NCBI GenBank assembly: GCA_964019335.1
Contig: OZ025649.1
Coordinates: 744,001 to 808,000 of the forward strand
Length of the DNA stretch: 64,000 bases
Origin: Diplonema japonicum
Taxonomy: Eukaryota; Protista; Euglenozoa: Diplonemea
Reading direction: 5' to 3'
Numbering within the stretch: position 1 is the first letter of the stretch; each line of letters begins with the position of its first letter. Under the pieces are notes generated by a model, which was given only the letters and a program-made list of their open reading frames with translations, searched no databases and was not told the origin of the DNA. Shown piece after piece: positions 12,679 through 23,829 of the stretch. Both the position numbers and the translations under genes were made by a program.

Positions 12679-13986
12679 ATGAAAAATGCACCGGTGGAGC
12701 TCCCGATGCTTACCCGGCCGATTGAGAGACGAAAGCGGAATTGGGATGCAAGGGCAGTGTGGATGCCTCTTGCAGTCGGGGGCATAGCGATGGTGTGGGG
12801 TGTTTGGTTCTACAACGAAGTGAGCGAAGCGGACAAGAGGATGATGATGGTGTTCTGGGCAGTGTGGTCCCTGTTGTTCATGCTGTCGTGTAGGGACCCC
12901 GGATGGATCACAGAGCAGAACCATGGCAAGTACGCCTCCATGTTTGGGATCGACTCCGATGGTGAGGTCCTTCGCTCAGAGGTCTCTGAGGGGACTTTGA
13001 ACCGTGTGGCACGTTTCGATCATCACAACACCTACTTCGGCATGGACGTTGGGAAGGAGAATTACATCATCTACCACATCTTCCTCCTGTGGGGCGCCGC
13101 ATGGGGCCTCGCAATCTTCCTTACCTCTCTTCAGTACTTTGCGTATCAGGAGGATTGGCACCGTCCCGTGTTCATCCCTCCTTTTATTTGGGAGGGCTGC
13201 CTCCTCAGCATCCTCGCCGTCCAAGGCTATTTCAGGTTCCTCACCTTTATCTACTCCATCTTCTGCGTCGGCGTGCGTTACCTCCTGGGCCTCGACCACT
13301 GGTTGCTGCTTACCTACGCCTTCTCCAAGGCGAACCTGCTGTGGGGCCTCTACTACACCCCCATTTTCATCGGGTGCGTTTTGACCTGGTACCTGTTTGG
13401 GTACTCCTTTATCTTCGTTATGCACGCCTTCTTGATGGCGGCTTGCAACATGACACTCGCTGAGTCCAACGTTGTGGTGCAAGGGGCAGCTGTCCCCGCC
13501 GACAAGTTCGCATCCATATCAGGGCTACTTTACATGCTGTGGTCTGATGTTGTGGGCGCCGTGGGTTCTATGCCGTACTACAGGGGGATTAAGGTTGCCA
13601 AACCCGGCGAGGTCCCGGAAGGGTACTTTCTGCTGGACAAAAACAATGGCTTCTGGGACATGTGGGGAACGGTATGATTAATTAAAGAGAAGGGGGGGGG
13701 GGGGGGGGGATATAAATAAGAACGAAAGAAAGAAAACAAAAAACAGCTTCCCTGCTCGTTCTCCAAGAAGTCTAAAAACACCCTTTGGGCTAACATCAAG
13801 GAGATATGGAACCCGAGCCCACCCCACCCCGCAAGCTCGCTCCGGAGCCAATCAGCGAAGCGGGTGTTTGAAGAGAACGATGAGACAGTTCCTGAGGTGG
13901 TCGTGCATGATCCTAAGTTGGTATGTAGTAGAAGGAAAAAAAAAGGTTAAATAAAAGAAAAACACCAGGCTGCACGTGGCAAATGA
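12679..13986 (+). CDS. DHHC palmitoyltransferase-like membrane protein with degenerate DHHN motif; introns 13672-13746, 13921-13968
   Basis: DPGWIT, VARFDHHNTYFGMDVGKENY, NMTLAE (TTxE-like), multiple TMs; splicing adds a C-terminal LWANIKEIW (PaCCT-like) segment. Confidence 0.8.
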
Positions 13987-14384
13987 TCTGGAAGAATAGA
14001 TGCTCCTTTTTTTATTGAAAGATGGAATGGGATCCTCCATTTAATACCCTTAGTGTTTTTCTTTCTCTCCTCCCTCCCCAGATCCTCGCCCGTAGATGCT
14101 TATCATATTTTTTACCCGGCAGCTAGTCGTACCTTCTTGTTCTTGTGAGTGTGCTTTCTGTCACACTTTGATGAGATATGCGGGTACGAATTAGTAGCTG
14201 CACACTTAGTTTCGATTTTCAAAAGAACGGAGTCTTTTTCTTTTGTTCACTTTGTCTTTAGTGAGTTCCTAACCCACGTCTTTGTAGTTTTTTGCGTTTC
14301 CTTCTTCTATCGCGTGAGCAGGATAAGCATCACACACAGGAGGGGTTTGGGGGCCCCGGTAGCATTTCCGTAAGGTGGCAGACC

Positions 14385-16949
14385 ATGCAGAGTAATGGGG
14401 GTAGGTATGGGCCACCGACGACTGTAGGGACGGGGCACTACCACCATCATCACTATCATCATCATGGGCACCAGTACCCGCCATCGTACAATGGGTACTC
14501 TGACAAGTATCCCCCTCAGTACGCTCCTGACAGGCCGCATCACCAGATGCACCACCACCATTACCATCACCACCAGCAGCAACAACAGCAACAGCAACAG
14601 CAGCAGCAGCAGAGCTCTTCTTGGTCTCATGACCCATATGCTACGCCGCCTACAGGGGAGCCAGCCATGTATCCCCCTACTCACTACGCTCCTCCCCTAC
14701 CAGCGGGACCTTCCTCGCAAATGCCTCCTCAGGCGGCATCGGCACAGGCCGAGCCCTCCACGCCGGAGGCCAAGACGAAGGGCCCTAAGGACAGCTCTTG
14801 CAATGACATGTTCAACAGCGGGAAGGTGATGCTCCTCGACTCCTGCGACTGGGATGCCACTGACGATGACTTCCTCGATGCCCCCGCCAACAAGGGCGAT
14901 GCCGCCAGGCAGCCCGCTCCATCATCAGCCAAGCCTGATGCAGCACCTACAACTACGCAAAAGGAAGAAGAGAACGAGAAGAAGAATCTCGAAAGAAAGG
15001 AGCGGGAAAAACAACATGAGGCCGAACGGCAAGAGCTGGAAGCGAAAAGGGCTCAAATAAAGAAGGAGCAGGAGAAGAAAGAGCAAGAGAAAAGGGAGCA
15101 AAAGAAGATGGAACAGGAGAAGAAAGAGCAAGAGAAGAGGGAGAATGAGAAACGAGAAGCAGAAAAGAGATTAAACGAAAAGAAGCAGGAAAAGGAAAAG
15201 CAAGCAAAGGCGAAGAGGGAGAAGCAAGAGGCGGAAAGAAAGGTGAAAGAAGAGCGAGAAGCTGAGAAGGTGCGAGAAAAGGAGAGAGAGTTAGCACGGT
15301 TAGAAGAGAAACGGAAACAACAGGAAGAGAAGAAGAAAGAAGAAGCTCGTAAGGCGAAAGAAGAGAAGAAGAAGCAGGAGATTGCTCGAAAGAAAGAGGC
15401 AGAGAGACAGAAACAAGAAGCCCTCAAGAAGCAGCAAGAAGAGAAAAAGAAGGAGGAGAAACGTCTGCGAGAAGAGAAAGAAAGACAGAGAGAAGAGCAG
15501 AAGCGTGAAAAGGAGCGCACCAAGAAGGAGAAAGAGGAAAAGGAGCGCTTAGATAGGTTGGAACGGGAACGGCTTGAGAAGGAGCGTGAAGCAGCCATTA
15601 TTGATGACGTGATCGAAGCACCGGTGTTAAAAGTAGAAAAGAAGGGCAAGAAGAAGGTATGTATTTCCAACCAGTTTTGGAACTATTTCCACAGAAGAAG
15701 AACAAGAAAGAGAGCGAAGAGGATATGACTGCCGAAGAAGAAGAGTTACTGCTGGCAAAGCTGTCCAAGATCGAGGGAAAGGTGTGGATAAATCTTGCCA
15801 AACAGAAATAACCGACAGAATGAACCAGCAAAAGAGTCGAAGGGAAAGAAGAGCGCCAGGAACTTCCTCAACAAACAGCAAGATTCCCAAATGCAACAGC
15901 AAAAGAACGTATGTAAATCAACTTTATACAATCCCCCCTCTAGGAAATCAGTAAGCTTCTTGAGCAGAGCAGTGCCCACCTGTCGAGCAAGGAGGTGGAG
16001 AGAGCACTCTTCGACGGGAACAAAGCCCTTGATATTGCCACGGTATGACGTCGCCATGACTCATCACATGCCATACAGAAGCACAACTTGATCGAAGAGA
16101 AGATACAATGCTATGAGAGGCTGGCACATGCGTACCGTCAATGGTGCGAGGAGGACAACTCGGTGTACCCTCAGCTCGACTCCCTCATGAAGGAAGCTGT
16201 AAAGGTGTGCAGAGAGCACAGCAACGCGGAAGGTCTCAGCAAATGCTTGATGCAGTGGGGGCACTCGTACACCGAAAGGAGGGACCTTATTGATGCTGTA
16301 AGGTGCTACCTCGACTCACACCGTGCGTCGCCTAGTGAGGACGTCCTGGAGAAGTTGGCTAGCTCCATCACCCAACACTGCCAAAGCGGGTATAGGCTTG
16401 GGAAGGGCGATGCTGAGAAAGTACTGGCTTTCTTCGACAGACTACCAAAGCTGCCTGTTTGCTGCGCTCAAGCAAGACTCTACCTTTTGGAAGGGCTTGG
16501 TAAATGGAGAGAAATTTCAAAACTCAGGCGTGACAAACAGACTCTAGAGGTATCCTAGTCCACTCTGAAAAACTCATTACAGATGGTTGACACTCCTGAG
16601 GTGATTTATGCCGCTTGTGCCGCCATTGGGAATGAAGATGGCCTGCCATGCTTGCATGCACTGCTTGTGGAAAGGCAGAAAGAGGGCAGGGTCTGGCCTG
16701 AGCTTAAGATCAGAGCATTACTGTGTTGGTCATTGATAATGTTGAAGAAGGCACTGGACTCACAGAAGGTTGCTGCTGCATTTATTGCGAGGGAGAAGGT
16801 ATGTCCTATATTGTTGACATTATGCGCTACAGGAGTTTGGAATGCGTGGTATGGGTGGCACGTTGTGGGAAAATCACCTTGCGTACCTTAGGAGTGTTTT
16901 GAAGAGGGACACTGCCGCAGAGAAGTATCCTCTCCTTGTTGGCAACTAG
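14385..16949 (+). CDS. Large protein: His/Gln/Pro-rich N-terminus, long E/K/R charged helix, TPR-like C-terminus; introns 15657-15694, 15782-15818, 15909-15943, 16043-16078, 16550-16582, 16799-16832
   Basis: Six 33-38 nt GT-AG introns join the ORF fragments in frame to TAG at 16947-16949; TPR-like helices such as SKCLMQWGHSYTERRDLIDAVRCYLDS. Confidence 0.75.
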
Positions 16950-17035
16950 CCCCTCCCCCCTGTTTATTTTCTTCCTTTTCTTATCCTTTAACAGTCATGC
17001 TCAGCCAATCACCCCCCTTATTTTTCTTTTTTTAA

Positions 17036-17169
17036 GGTGGTGGGGATAACATGGAAATATAAGAAGTACATCAGATGTGTTGTTCGCTGTTGACCTCCTC
17101 GTCGGTCATCACCGGTAGCGCCCGAGTGGAAGAACATAATGCAGATGCTCAGGGTGACGAACAGGCAGC
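17036..17169 (+). ncRNA. HDV-like (nested double pseudoknot) self-cleaving ribozyme, predicted
   Basis: P1 GGTGGTG 17036-42 / CATCACC 17107-13; P2 GCTGTTG 17086-92 / CAG(G)CAGC 17162-69; P3 ACC 17093-95 / GGT 17104-06 with L3 TCCTCGTC; P1.1 GG 17114-15; P4 CGCCCGAGT / GCTC(A)GGGTG; J4/2 ACGAA with catalytic C at 17158; extra hairpin in J1/2. Confidence 0.8.
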
Positions 17170-17345
17170 AAACTGCACGAGCGCAGAATCTTGGTTACCC
17201 GGGACGCACCGGCTGGGGTTGAGCTGTACACCGCACGCATTAAGGACACGACGCGGAACGCAGAAGAAGCTACAACTCGGCCGCGGTGCGCCCCCTGTAA
17301 TCAAGTAGACAGTTCTTGTGCAGGGCGCCGCCAACACCGGCCTCC
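17036..17345 (+). mobile_element. Short non-coding retroposon-like element (SIDER/RIME/NARTc-like) starting with the ribozyme
   Basis: GC-rich island in T-rich intergenic DNA; ribozyme at the 5' end followed by a ~150 nt rod; shares GCTACAACTCG with the LINE leader at 23992-24002 (minus); right boundary approximate. Confidence 0.55.
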
Positions 17346-17769
17346 TTTAACTCATATATTTTTTTAAATCTGGCTTCGTCTTTATCAGGTCACTCTCCTT
17401 CTACATCATCTACCAGAGCAGTGAGAGACCCTCCCCGTGTGTTCTCTCTGCATTGTTTGAGATGGGTTTTTTCTTTTTTTGAACAATATTATTTATCCCC
17501 CCTTAAGAGTAATTTAACAAAAGAGAAGAAGGAAAAAAGAAAAGGAAGAATAGTGAAAATGAAAAAGGCAAGGAGGCAAGGGTTGTCAAGTATTTTTCTC
17601 CCTCCCCCTTCCCACTAACATTTTTTTTGTTTTCTTTCTTGAGGTTCGTCTTTCTTTTTTTTTTCTTGTTCCCCCCCCCCCCCCTTTTTTTCCAAAAGAA
17701 AAAGGAAGATTTTCATCCCAGCCCGAGGGAAAAAACGGGGCTCACAAGGCGGGGTGTTGGTGGGATACA

Positions 17770-18962
17770 ATGAGTCTTAGGAACGTAACCAACAAGCCCA
17801 GCCGGTCGTCGTCCGTCCAGTCGAATAGAAGCAACAGAAGTAATAGCAACAGTAGGAAAGGGAGTTTGAGAACCAAGCGCGACAGTGAAGGGAGTTTAAG
17901 AAACAAGCGTGATAGTGTCCATGAGATGCCCAGAACGATGAGCGCATCGGGGAAAGGGGAGGTACTGTTTTTCGACTCAACCACGAAGAAGCGAGGTCTC
18001 AACATGAGCAAGAAACGGGCTTCCATCTCGGCCGACGACAAGAAAAAGGCGATCCAGCAAGCAAACACTGTGAAGGCACTCCAGCAAAGTTTCGAAAAAG
18101 CTGACGCAACGCCCATAGACTCCCCTCCGAGAAAGATATGGCTCACTGTTTACGACACCGCAGCAGGCGGTGAGCACCTTTCAAACCCCGTCCGGATGAT
18201 GTCAGGGCTTTACCTTCTCGTCGATGGGAGAATAGTCAACAACAAGCCTGTCTGGGAACAAGCAGGAGGCGACGCTCAGATCGAGTCAAACAAAAAGGGT
18301 CACTGGGCAGTAACAAGGGACACCGGGGACGTACTTGTCAGCATGGCTGGAAGCTCCGACAAGCACCCACACGAAGCAGAGATTTACAGATCAAAATACT
18401 ACAAAGCACAACGAGAGCGTGAAAAAGAAGCCGCCCTAGAATGCGGCAACGGAGTGTGGTCCGGGCAGGACAGCTCAGGCGACGGGTTTATCACGAACAC
18501 CAAACCCGAGCTTCACGGTTATCGGTTTGGTCGAGCGGTCGTTGCTTCCCGTGACATCAAAGAAGAAGGTGCGCTTCGCATTCCTCTTGGATGCCTCGGC
18601 ATCGTGATGGGCCCCTCCCCTCACCCGCTGGCCCTCCGGGTCAAGTTCGACTCTTTCGACGCTCCCTTTAACGTAAATCACACAGAGCTGGACCTTGCAG
18701 AAGGACCGCCCGTTCTCGTAACCCTGTCCAACGGCGACACCTGCGTTGGTTCAGTCGTGAACGTATCCGATGATCGAGTCAAGGTGCACTTCAACGGTAG
18801 GCTGAAGACGGAAGACGAGTGGTTTGACAAGGACACCCACAAGATACAACCGCTGTTCAGTGACAACCCTGAAGGCTTGATGTATTGCACGTATGCCACC
18901 ATTCCAAAAAAGACCGCCGCAGCTGGAAAAAAAAGAGAAAAACACTACACACGGCAACCTGA
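17770..18962 (+). CDS. Hypothetical protein with C-terminal Tudor-knot/chromo-barrel-like domain; probable intron 18891-18922 (unspliced ORF ends 18996)
   Basis: 408 aa ORF; VVNVSDDRVKVHFNGRLKTEDEWFD resembles Tudor-knot/MBT; 32 nt GTATG..CAG near the end. Confidence 0.65.
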
Positions 18963-19041
18963 ATTAATAAACCAATTTCATTCCATGATGCCTTAATTTC
19001 TACCCCAACCTTTTGCATTTTCGTTTTTTAGAAAAAAAAGA

Positions 19042-19113
19042 TTCCCCGGCCGGGAATTGAACCCGGGTCATCCGCGTGACAGGCGGATATACTGACCTCT
19101 ATACTACCGAGGA
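19042..19113 (-). tRNA. tRNA-Asp (GTC)
   Basis: TCCTCGG TA GTAT AGAGGTCA GTAT A TCCGC CTGTCAC GCGGA TGAC CCGGG TTCAATT CCCGG CCGGGGA A; T8 Pol III terminator follows. Confidence 0.95.
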
Positions 19114-19200
19114 TTACATTTTTTCAATAATAATAAATATTCCACTACCAGGCGGGAGGATCGAAGGGGAGTAGAGAAAACCAGTCAAGGGAAAGGGAAA

Positions 19201-19601
19201 GGGACATCACTTCAAACCAAGAGAGGTGTTTGAAAGTGATTCGTGAAAAGCAGTCTCTGTTACTGAGCCATTGGTCGAGGGGTCCTGGTCCGCTGCTCCC
19301 TGTAGTAAATTACTTGGACCCCCTCACCACGCTCTTTTCATAATAAAATAAAACCGATCCCACCCACCAGGCAGCACCTGGGTCTCGAGGCATTAGCCGC
19401 CTCTAGTAACAAGAGACGACCTCCCAGATTTTAAGAACTTTGGAGGAGTTTCAATTGTGAAAAATTAACCAGCTGACTGTGAAACTCCACCGTCTGCTGG
19501 ACTTGTTGGGCTTTCGGGAGCCAATAAATTCAAAATAAAGGAATTCAAATCAAGCTCGATTGTGTACACCGAAGCTTGAATCATCTGTCCTTCTTTTTTT
19601 T
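19201..19601 (+). ncRNA. Candidate structured non-coding RNA (~390 nt) divergent from tRNA-Asp; identity unknown
   Basis: At least 7 helices, one crossing pair, end pairing GGACA/TGTCC, then a T8 run; G-U pairs favour the + strand. Confidence 0.45.
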
Positions 19602-19847
19602 CTTTTTTTTTTTCTTTTTTCTTTCTATATGAAAGGTGAGTGAAAAATTTGAATAACACTGGGGGCGGGGGACAGGGGCCTGGTAATGGAAAATAAGGGA
19701 AGACACTGGGGAGGGAGGTGAAAAGAAAGGATAGGAGTGAAGCCAGAGTCGAGAGATTGAGTTAGAAACAATTGCTGTCTGAAGTCGTTTAACAACTTCA
19801 GACCTCAATGTTTGGAGAGTATAACATATTATAATTTATAAGTTTTT

Positions 19848-22800
19848 TCACAATGTTCCCTGCCGCTCCAAGAGCTGGGCGGTCTTACAGGCGTCGGTGG
19901 ACAGGAGGACTTTGAGGGAAGGAAGGGAGCTACCGAAGATCTGACTCCTTTGGTCGATCCTCTTTTCGTCTTGGCATTCCCGTAGGAGGTGGCTTAGAGT
20001 CTGGGGTTGCGAACATAGATGGCACGGGACCTCCTCGACTGGGGGTATGAGTAGGTATCCGCAAGTGAGTGGGCTCTTCCCCACCCTCAGCCTCATGATC
20101 GCCACTTCTTTCTTTCTGTCCAGCTCCTCGAACTTCTCGAAACTTCCGGCAAACAGCTCCCTGTACGTCTTTGTGACGCCAGTATTCTTCCATAGGCGGA
20201 GGTGGCTTCTGATGACATGCTTCCTCACCAGAGTTTTAACCACCTCAATGTCTGTCTCACGGGTGTGGGCCAGTCTTTCGCTCGCCTCTTTTGCCTTCTG
20301 GTCCGCCTTCTCGTTCCACTTGAACCCGCAGTGACTCGGGACGTATTGAACGATTAGCTTGTGGCCTCTGCCTGTCAAGCTCGCGACCTCCTGCCAGAGT
20401 TCGAAGTCATCTTTGGAGGCTGCCGACATGTGTCCCTGGCACATCTTCCGTATCACCGACTGCGAATCTGTGCATATCAGAACCATCCCTTGGCTTGCGA
20501 GCTTCCTCTCTGAGAGTCTTGTCGCCAGTCGGATCCCTAGCCTCAGGGCCCTGAGTTCGCATTTGTAGGATGTCGAATACAGTCCACCGCTGATCCCGTA
20601 GGCAGCATCGGACCCATTGTGCAGCAGGATGGCGGCCGAGCCTCCGTTTTCCCCATCCTTTACGGACCCGTCTGTGAACACCATGCAGAATGCCCGGCCG
20701 TGTTTCTCGCATAACCTGTTCAGGGTGTTCGTTGTTGCCTCTTTCCTGACCTCTTTTGGGTCCGTCCTTTTCACCTGCGTGTCTAGGAAGGGGGAGAGCA
20801 CGAGTTGCCCCTCGAATCTTTGCCAGGGTGCAACCGCGAGTCTCCTCATGAAGACGGCGCCCGAGTGAGGTGTGCCCGTCCTCTCTGGGAGTTTGTAGGC
20901 TTTCGATGCCTCTCTCTGTTTGTCAGACCAAGTCCTCCTTGGTAGGAGCTTCTCGTACCTGGTCAGATCCTCCAGAGGCTGAGTCGCCTGGTATGCGGCG
21001 GTGTCCACTTTTCTCATCAGTGACTCGTAGAGCAACAGGCTGTCGTGTTCGATCAGCGCATCCAGGGTCCACAGCCCCGCTTCGTTCAGTGTCGCGAATG
21101 TCTCTGATGACGCGATGCAGCCTGTGATCTTCACCGCTGCCCTGTATTGAAGCTTCTTGATGCCTGTGGGGCGTGTTCCTCCCGCTCGGGAGAAATGACC
21201 CGTACACGCCCAAGCAGTATCTGAAGACTGGTTGCACATATGTGAGGTATAGAGCCCTCAACACCACCTTCTTGCAACCCCATCTCGTTCCCGCAAGGCA
21301 GCTCAGCAGCCTGACCCTGCTTTCACCTCTTTCCAAGACGTCTCTGGAGTGTTCGGAGAAAAGCATGTCCTCCTCGAAGGTGACTCCGAGCAGCTTTGTT
21401 TTTTCGACCACCTCGAGTTCTTCGCCGGTCTTGAAAGTTGCTCTGATCTTCCCCTTCAGTGTTCTCTGCGGATAGGAGATGCCAGCAACGGGAAGGAACT
21501 CTGTCTTTCCCTTGGAGATCACCATCGAGTTTCTCGAGCACCAGCTCTCCACAACCCTCAGGATCTTCATCAGTTTTCCATTCAAGCTGTCCAGGTCTTT
21601 TTCGTGCAGCACCACCGCAATGTCGTCTGCGTACATCACGGCATCAATGCCCTCCTTTTCGAACGTCTCTGAGAGGTCGTCCATGTAGATCGAGAAGAGG
21701 GTTGGGGCAAGGATGGTTCCCTGTGGAACCCCACCCGTTATGTGTTCGTGCTTCCCTGTTTCGCCACTCACCTTGACGGCAGCGATCCTCTGGTCTAGGA
21801 AAGCGGCCACCCAGTCCGTAATTCTTTGCGGGTAGCCATTACTCCTCATTTTCGCATTTAGACCCTTGTGCCACACTGTGTCGAAGGCTCCTTTCAGGTC
21901 GAAGAGCAAAAGTCCGCCGCAGAACTCATCGTCTCTGATGCGGTTCAGTTTCGTGGTCACTTGCAGGACGTTCTCTTCTGTGGAGCGCCCTTTCCTGAAA
22001 CCTGACTGCATTTTGTGCACCCTCTTCACATCTCCCACGTCTTGGTGGTAGTCGACCCTTATCTTTACTATCCTCTCCATTGTCTTTGAAATGTTGGAGG
22101 TTAGCGATATCGGTCTGTACGATGCCGGATCACTTCTTGACTTGCCCTTTCCTTTGTAAAGTGGGATTATGTGCGTGAACCTCCAGTCTGATGGTACCAC
22201 TCCCTTCTCCCATGACATATTGAACAGATGGAGTAATGTGTCCATGGCCGTCCCCCCCAGGTGTTTCAGCATCTCGTTGTAGACACCGTCTGGGCCCGGG
22301 GATTTCCCCTTCTTCAACTGCCTCAGCGCGTGCTTCAGTTCCTCCATGCTTATCCCTGGGCAAGTGACCCTGTCCCTCAAGTCCTTGATCACTTTGGACT
22401 TCCTGTTTTCACCGTCCAGCATCTTCTTTGTGTCCTTGTTAAGGTGGGGTGCAAAAGCCTTTGCGTAGTGCTCCACAAGGACGTCTGCTTTTTGCTTCGC
22501 CGATGTGTGTAGCTTGCCGCCTGCCATTAGTGGTGCTACTGGATCTTTGTCCTTCCTGCTATCGAGCGTTTTTATCGTCCTGAAAGCGTGTCCCAAGTCC
22601 TTTTTCTGAGACAGCTCCTTCATGTAGTCGGCCCACGCTCTTTTCTTCCCTTCATCGATCTGTTTCTGCACTTGCCTGCTGATTTCACCAAGCCTCTCGC
22701 ATTGTTCTATCGATGGGATGCCGATGTCCGACATAATCTCCTTCTTCAGAGCGTTTCTTCTTCCAACCAGTTGCGTCAGCTCTTCAGTCCACCACGCTTT

Positions 22801-23829
22801 CCCGCCTCTCGCTCCCCCTCTTGGGATGAAGAGCCTGGCGGCCTCCTTGACGGCTTCAGTGAACTGCTTGTTTAGCCTGACCGGGTCTCCTGTTCTCTGC
22901 AGGTGCCTCAGGGTGTACTCCAGATGATTCCTGTACCCCTCCCAGTCAGCTTTTTTGAAGCTGAATTTCTTAATGGTTGGTCCGGTTTCGTATTTCGTTC
23001 TTATCCGGATGGACATGGGTATGTGGTCAGACCCCCATGAATCGAGGGTTGTCCAGGATCTAGAGTCCATGTCTGGCCCGCTTATCACCAGGTCCGGTGA
23101 TGATAAGGAACCTCTTGTGTTCAATAGTGTCGGTGTGGCTTTGTCATTCCAGGGTCGCATCCCTTTCTCGATCATCCACTTTGCGACTTTGTCACCTATG
23201 AGGTCCTCTTTCTTTCTTCTCCCGTCCCACAGAGGGTGGTGGGCGTTGAAATCCCCCATGATTAAGGTTCTGTCCCCTGTCGGGAGTGTGTTCGGGTTGA
23301 AGTAGGTGTCGATGCTCGGTCTGTCATCGCTCGGATCTGACGGCGATGTTGGTGGAAGGTAGATGTTCACCAGGAGGATCTCCTTTTGACCTGGCGGGTA
23401 TATTTTGACGTCCAGTCTTTCCGTCACGTCATTTTTCTTCTCCTTCCTTTCGACACCGCTAGCGTTGATGCCTTCTTTCACGAGAGTCAGTAAGCCGCCC
23501 CCTTTTATGGGGAAATTCCTCCTTCTCGGTCGCGTCCTGTCTCTTCGGAAAGCTCTGTACCCTTCGAACCAGCCGTGGATCGCATCGTCTGATGTTAGGT
23601 GTGTCTCTTGGAGACACAGGATGTCCGGCGCTGTTTCTTCGATAGCCTTCTCGATTTCGGCCTTCCTAGCTCTGAGGGACCTCACGTTCAGCGAGACTAT
23701 CTTCAGCCATCCGTCTTTCGCGGCTGGCCCCGGGTTCTGCTCGACGTCACCGCACGCCAAGATGTCCATATCATGTGGTCCGCAACCTTTGCGCATCTTT
23801 CTCGGTGTGGTCGAGGGTCGTTTCAGCAT
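19848..23829 (-). CDS. LINE polyprotein (2A, AP endonuclease, reverse transcriptase, RNase H, CxxC..H..C knuckle) with one frameshift near 21160-21190
   Basis: SLNVRSL, LCLQETHL, GDFNAHH, SSPDL, GSDHIP (APE); PGPDG, YRPISL, QSGFR, FDLKGAFD, GVPQG, YADD, LLGV (RT); FTDGS, TDSQS, VPSHCG..NEKAD (RNase H); CHLCSQPQTLSHLLREC. Confidence 0.95.
23725..23751 (-). other. 2A-like ribosomal skipping (StopGo) motif
   Basis: GDVEQNPGP matches D(V/I)ExNPGP and sits immediately before the APE domain. Confidence 0.9.

Noticed and set aside
19150-19165. GGCGGGAGGATCG resembling 7SL/Alu
   Set aside because: No SRP helix 6/8 motifs follow; short chance match.
19201-19601. Assignment as telomerase RNA, U2 or RNase P/MRP
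   Set aside because: No CTAACCCT-type template; TGTAGTA lacks U2 context; no convincing CR-I/CR-V P4 pairing by eye.
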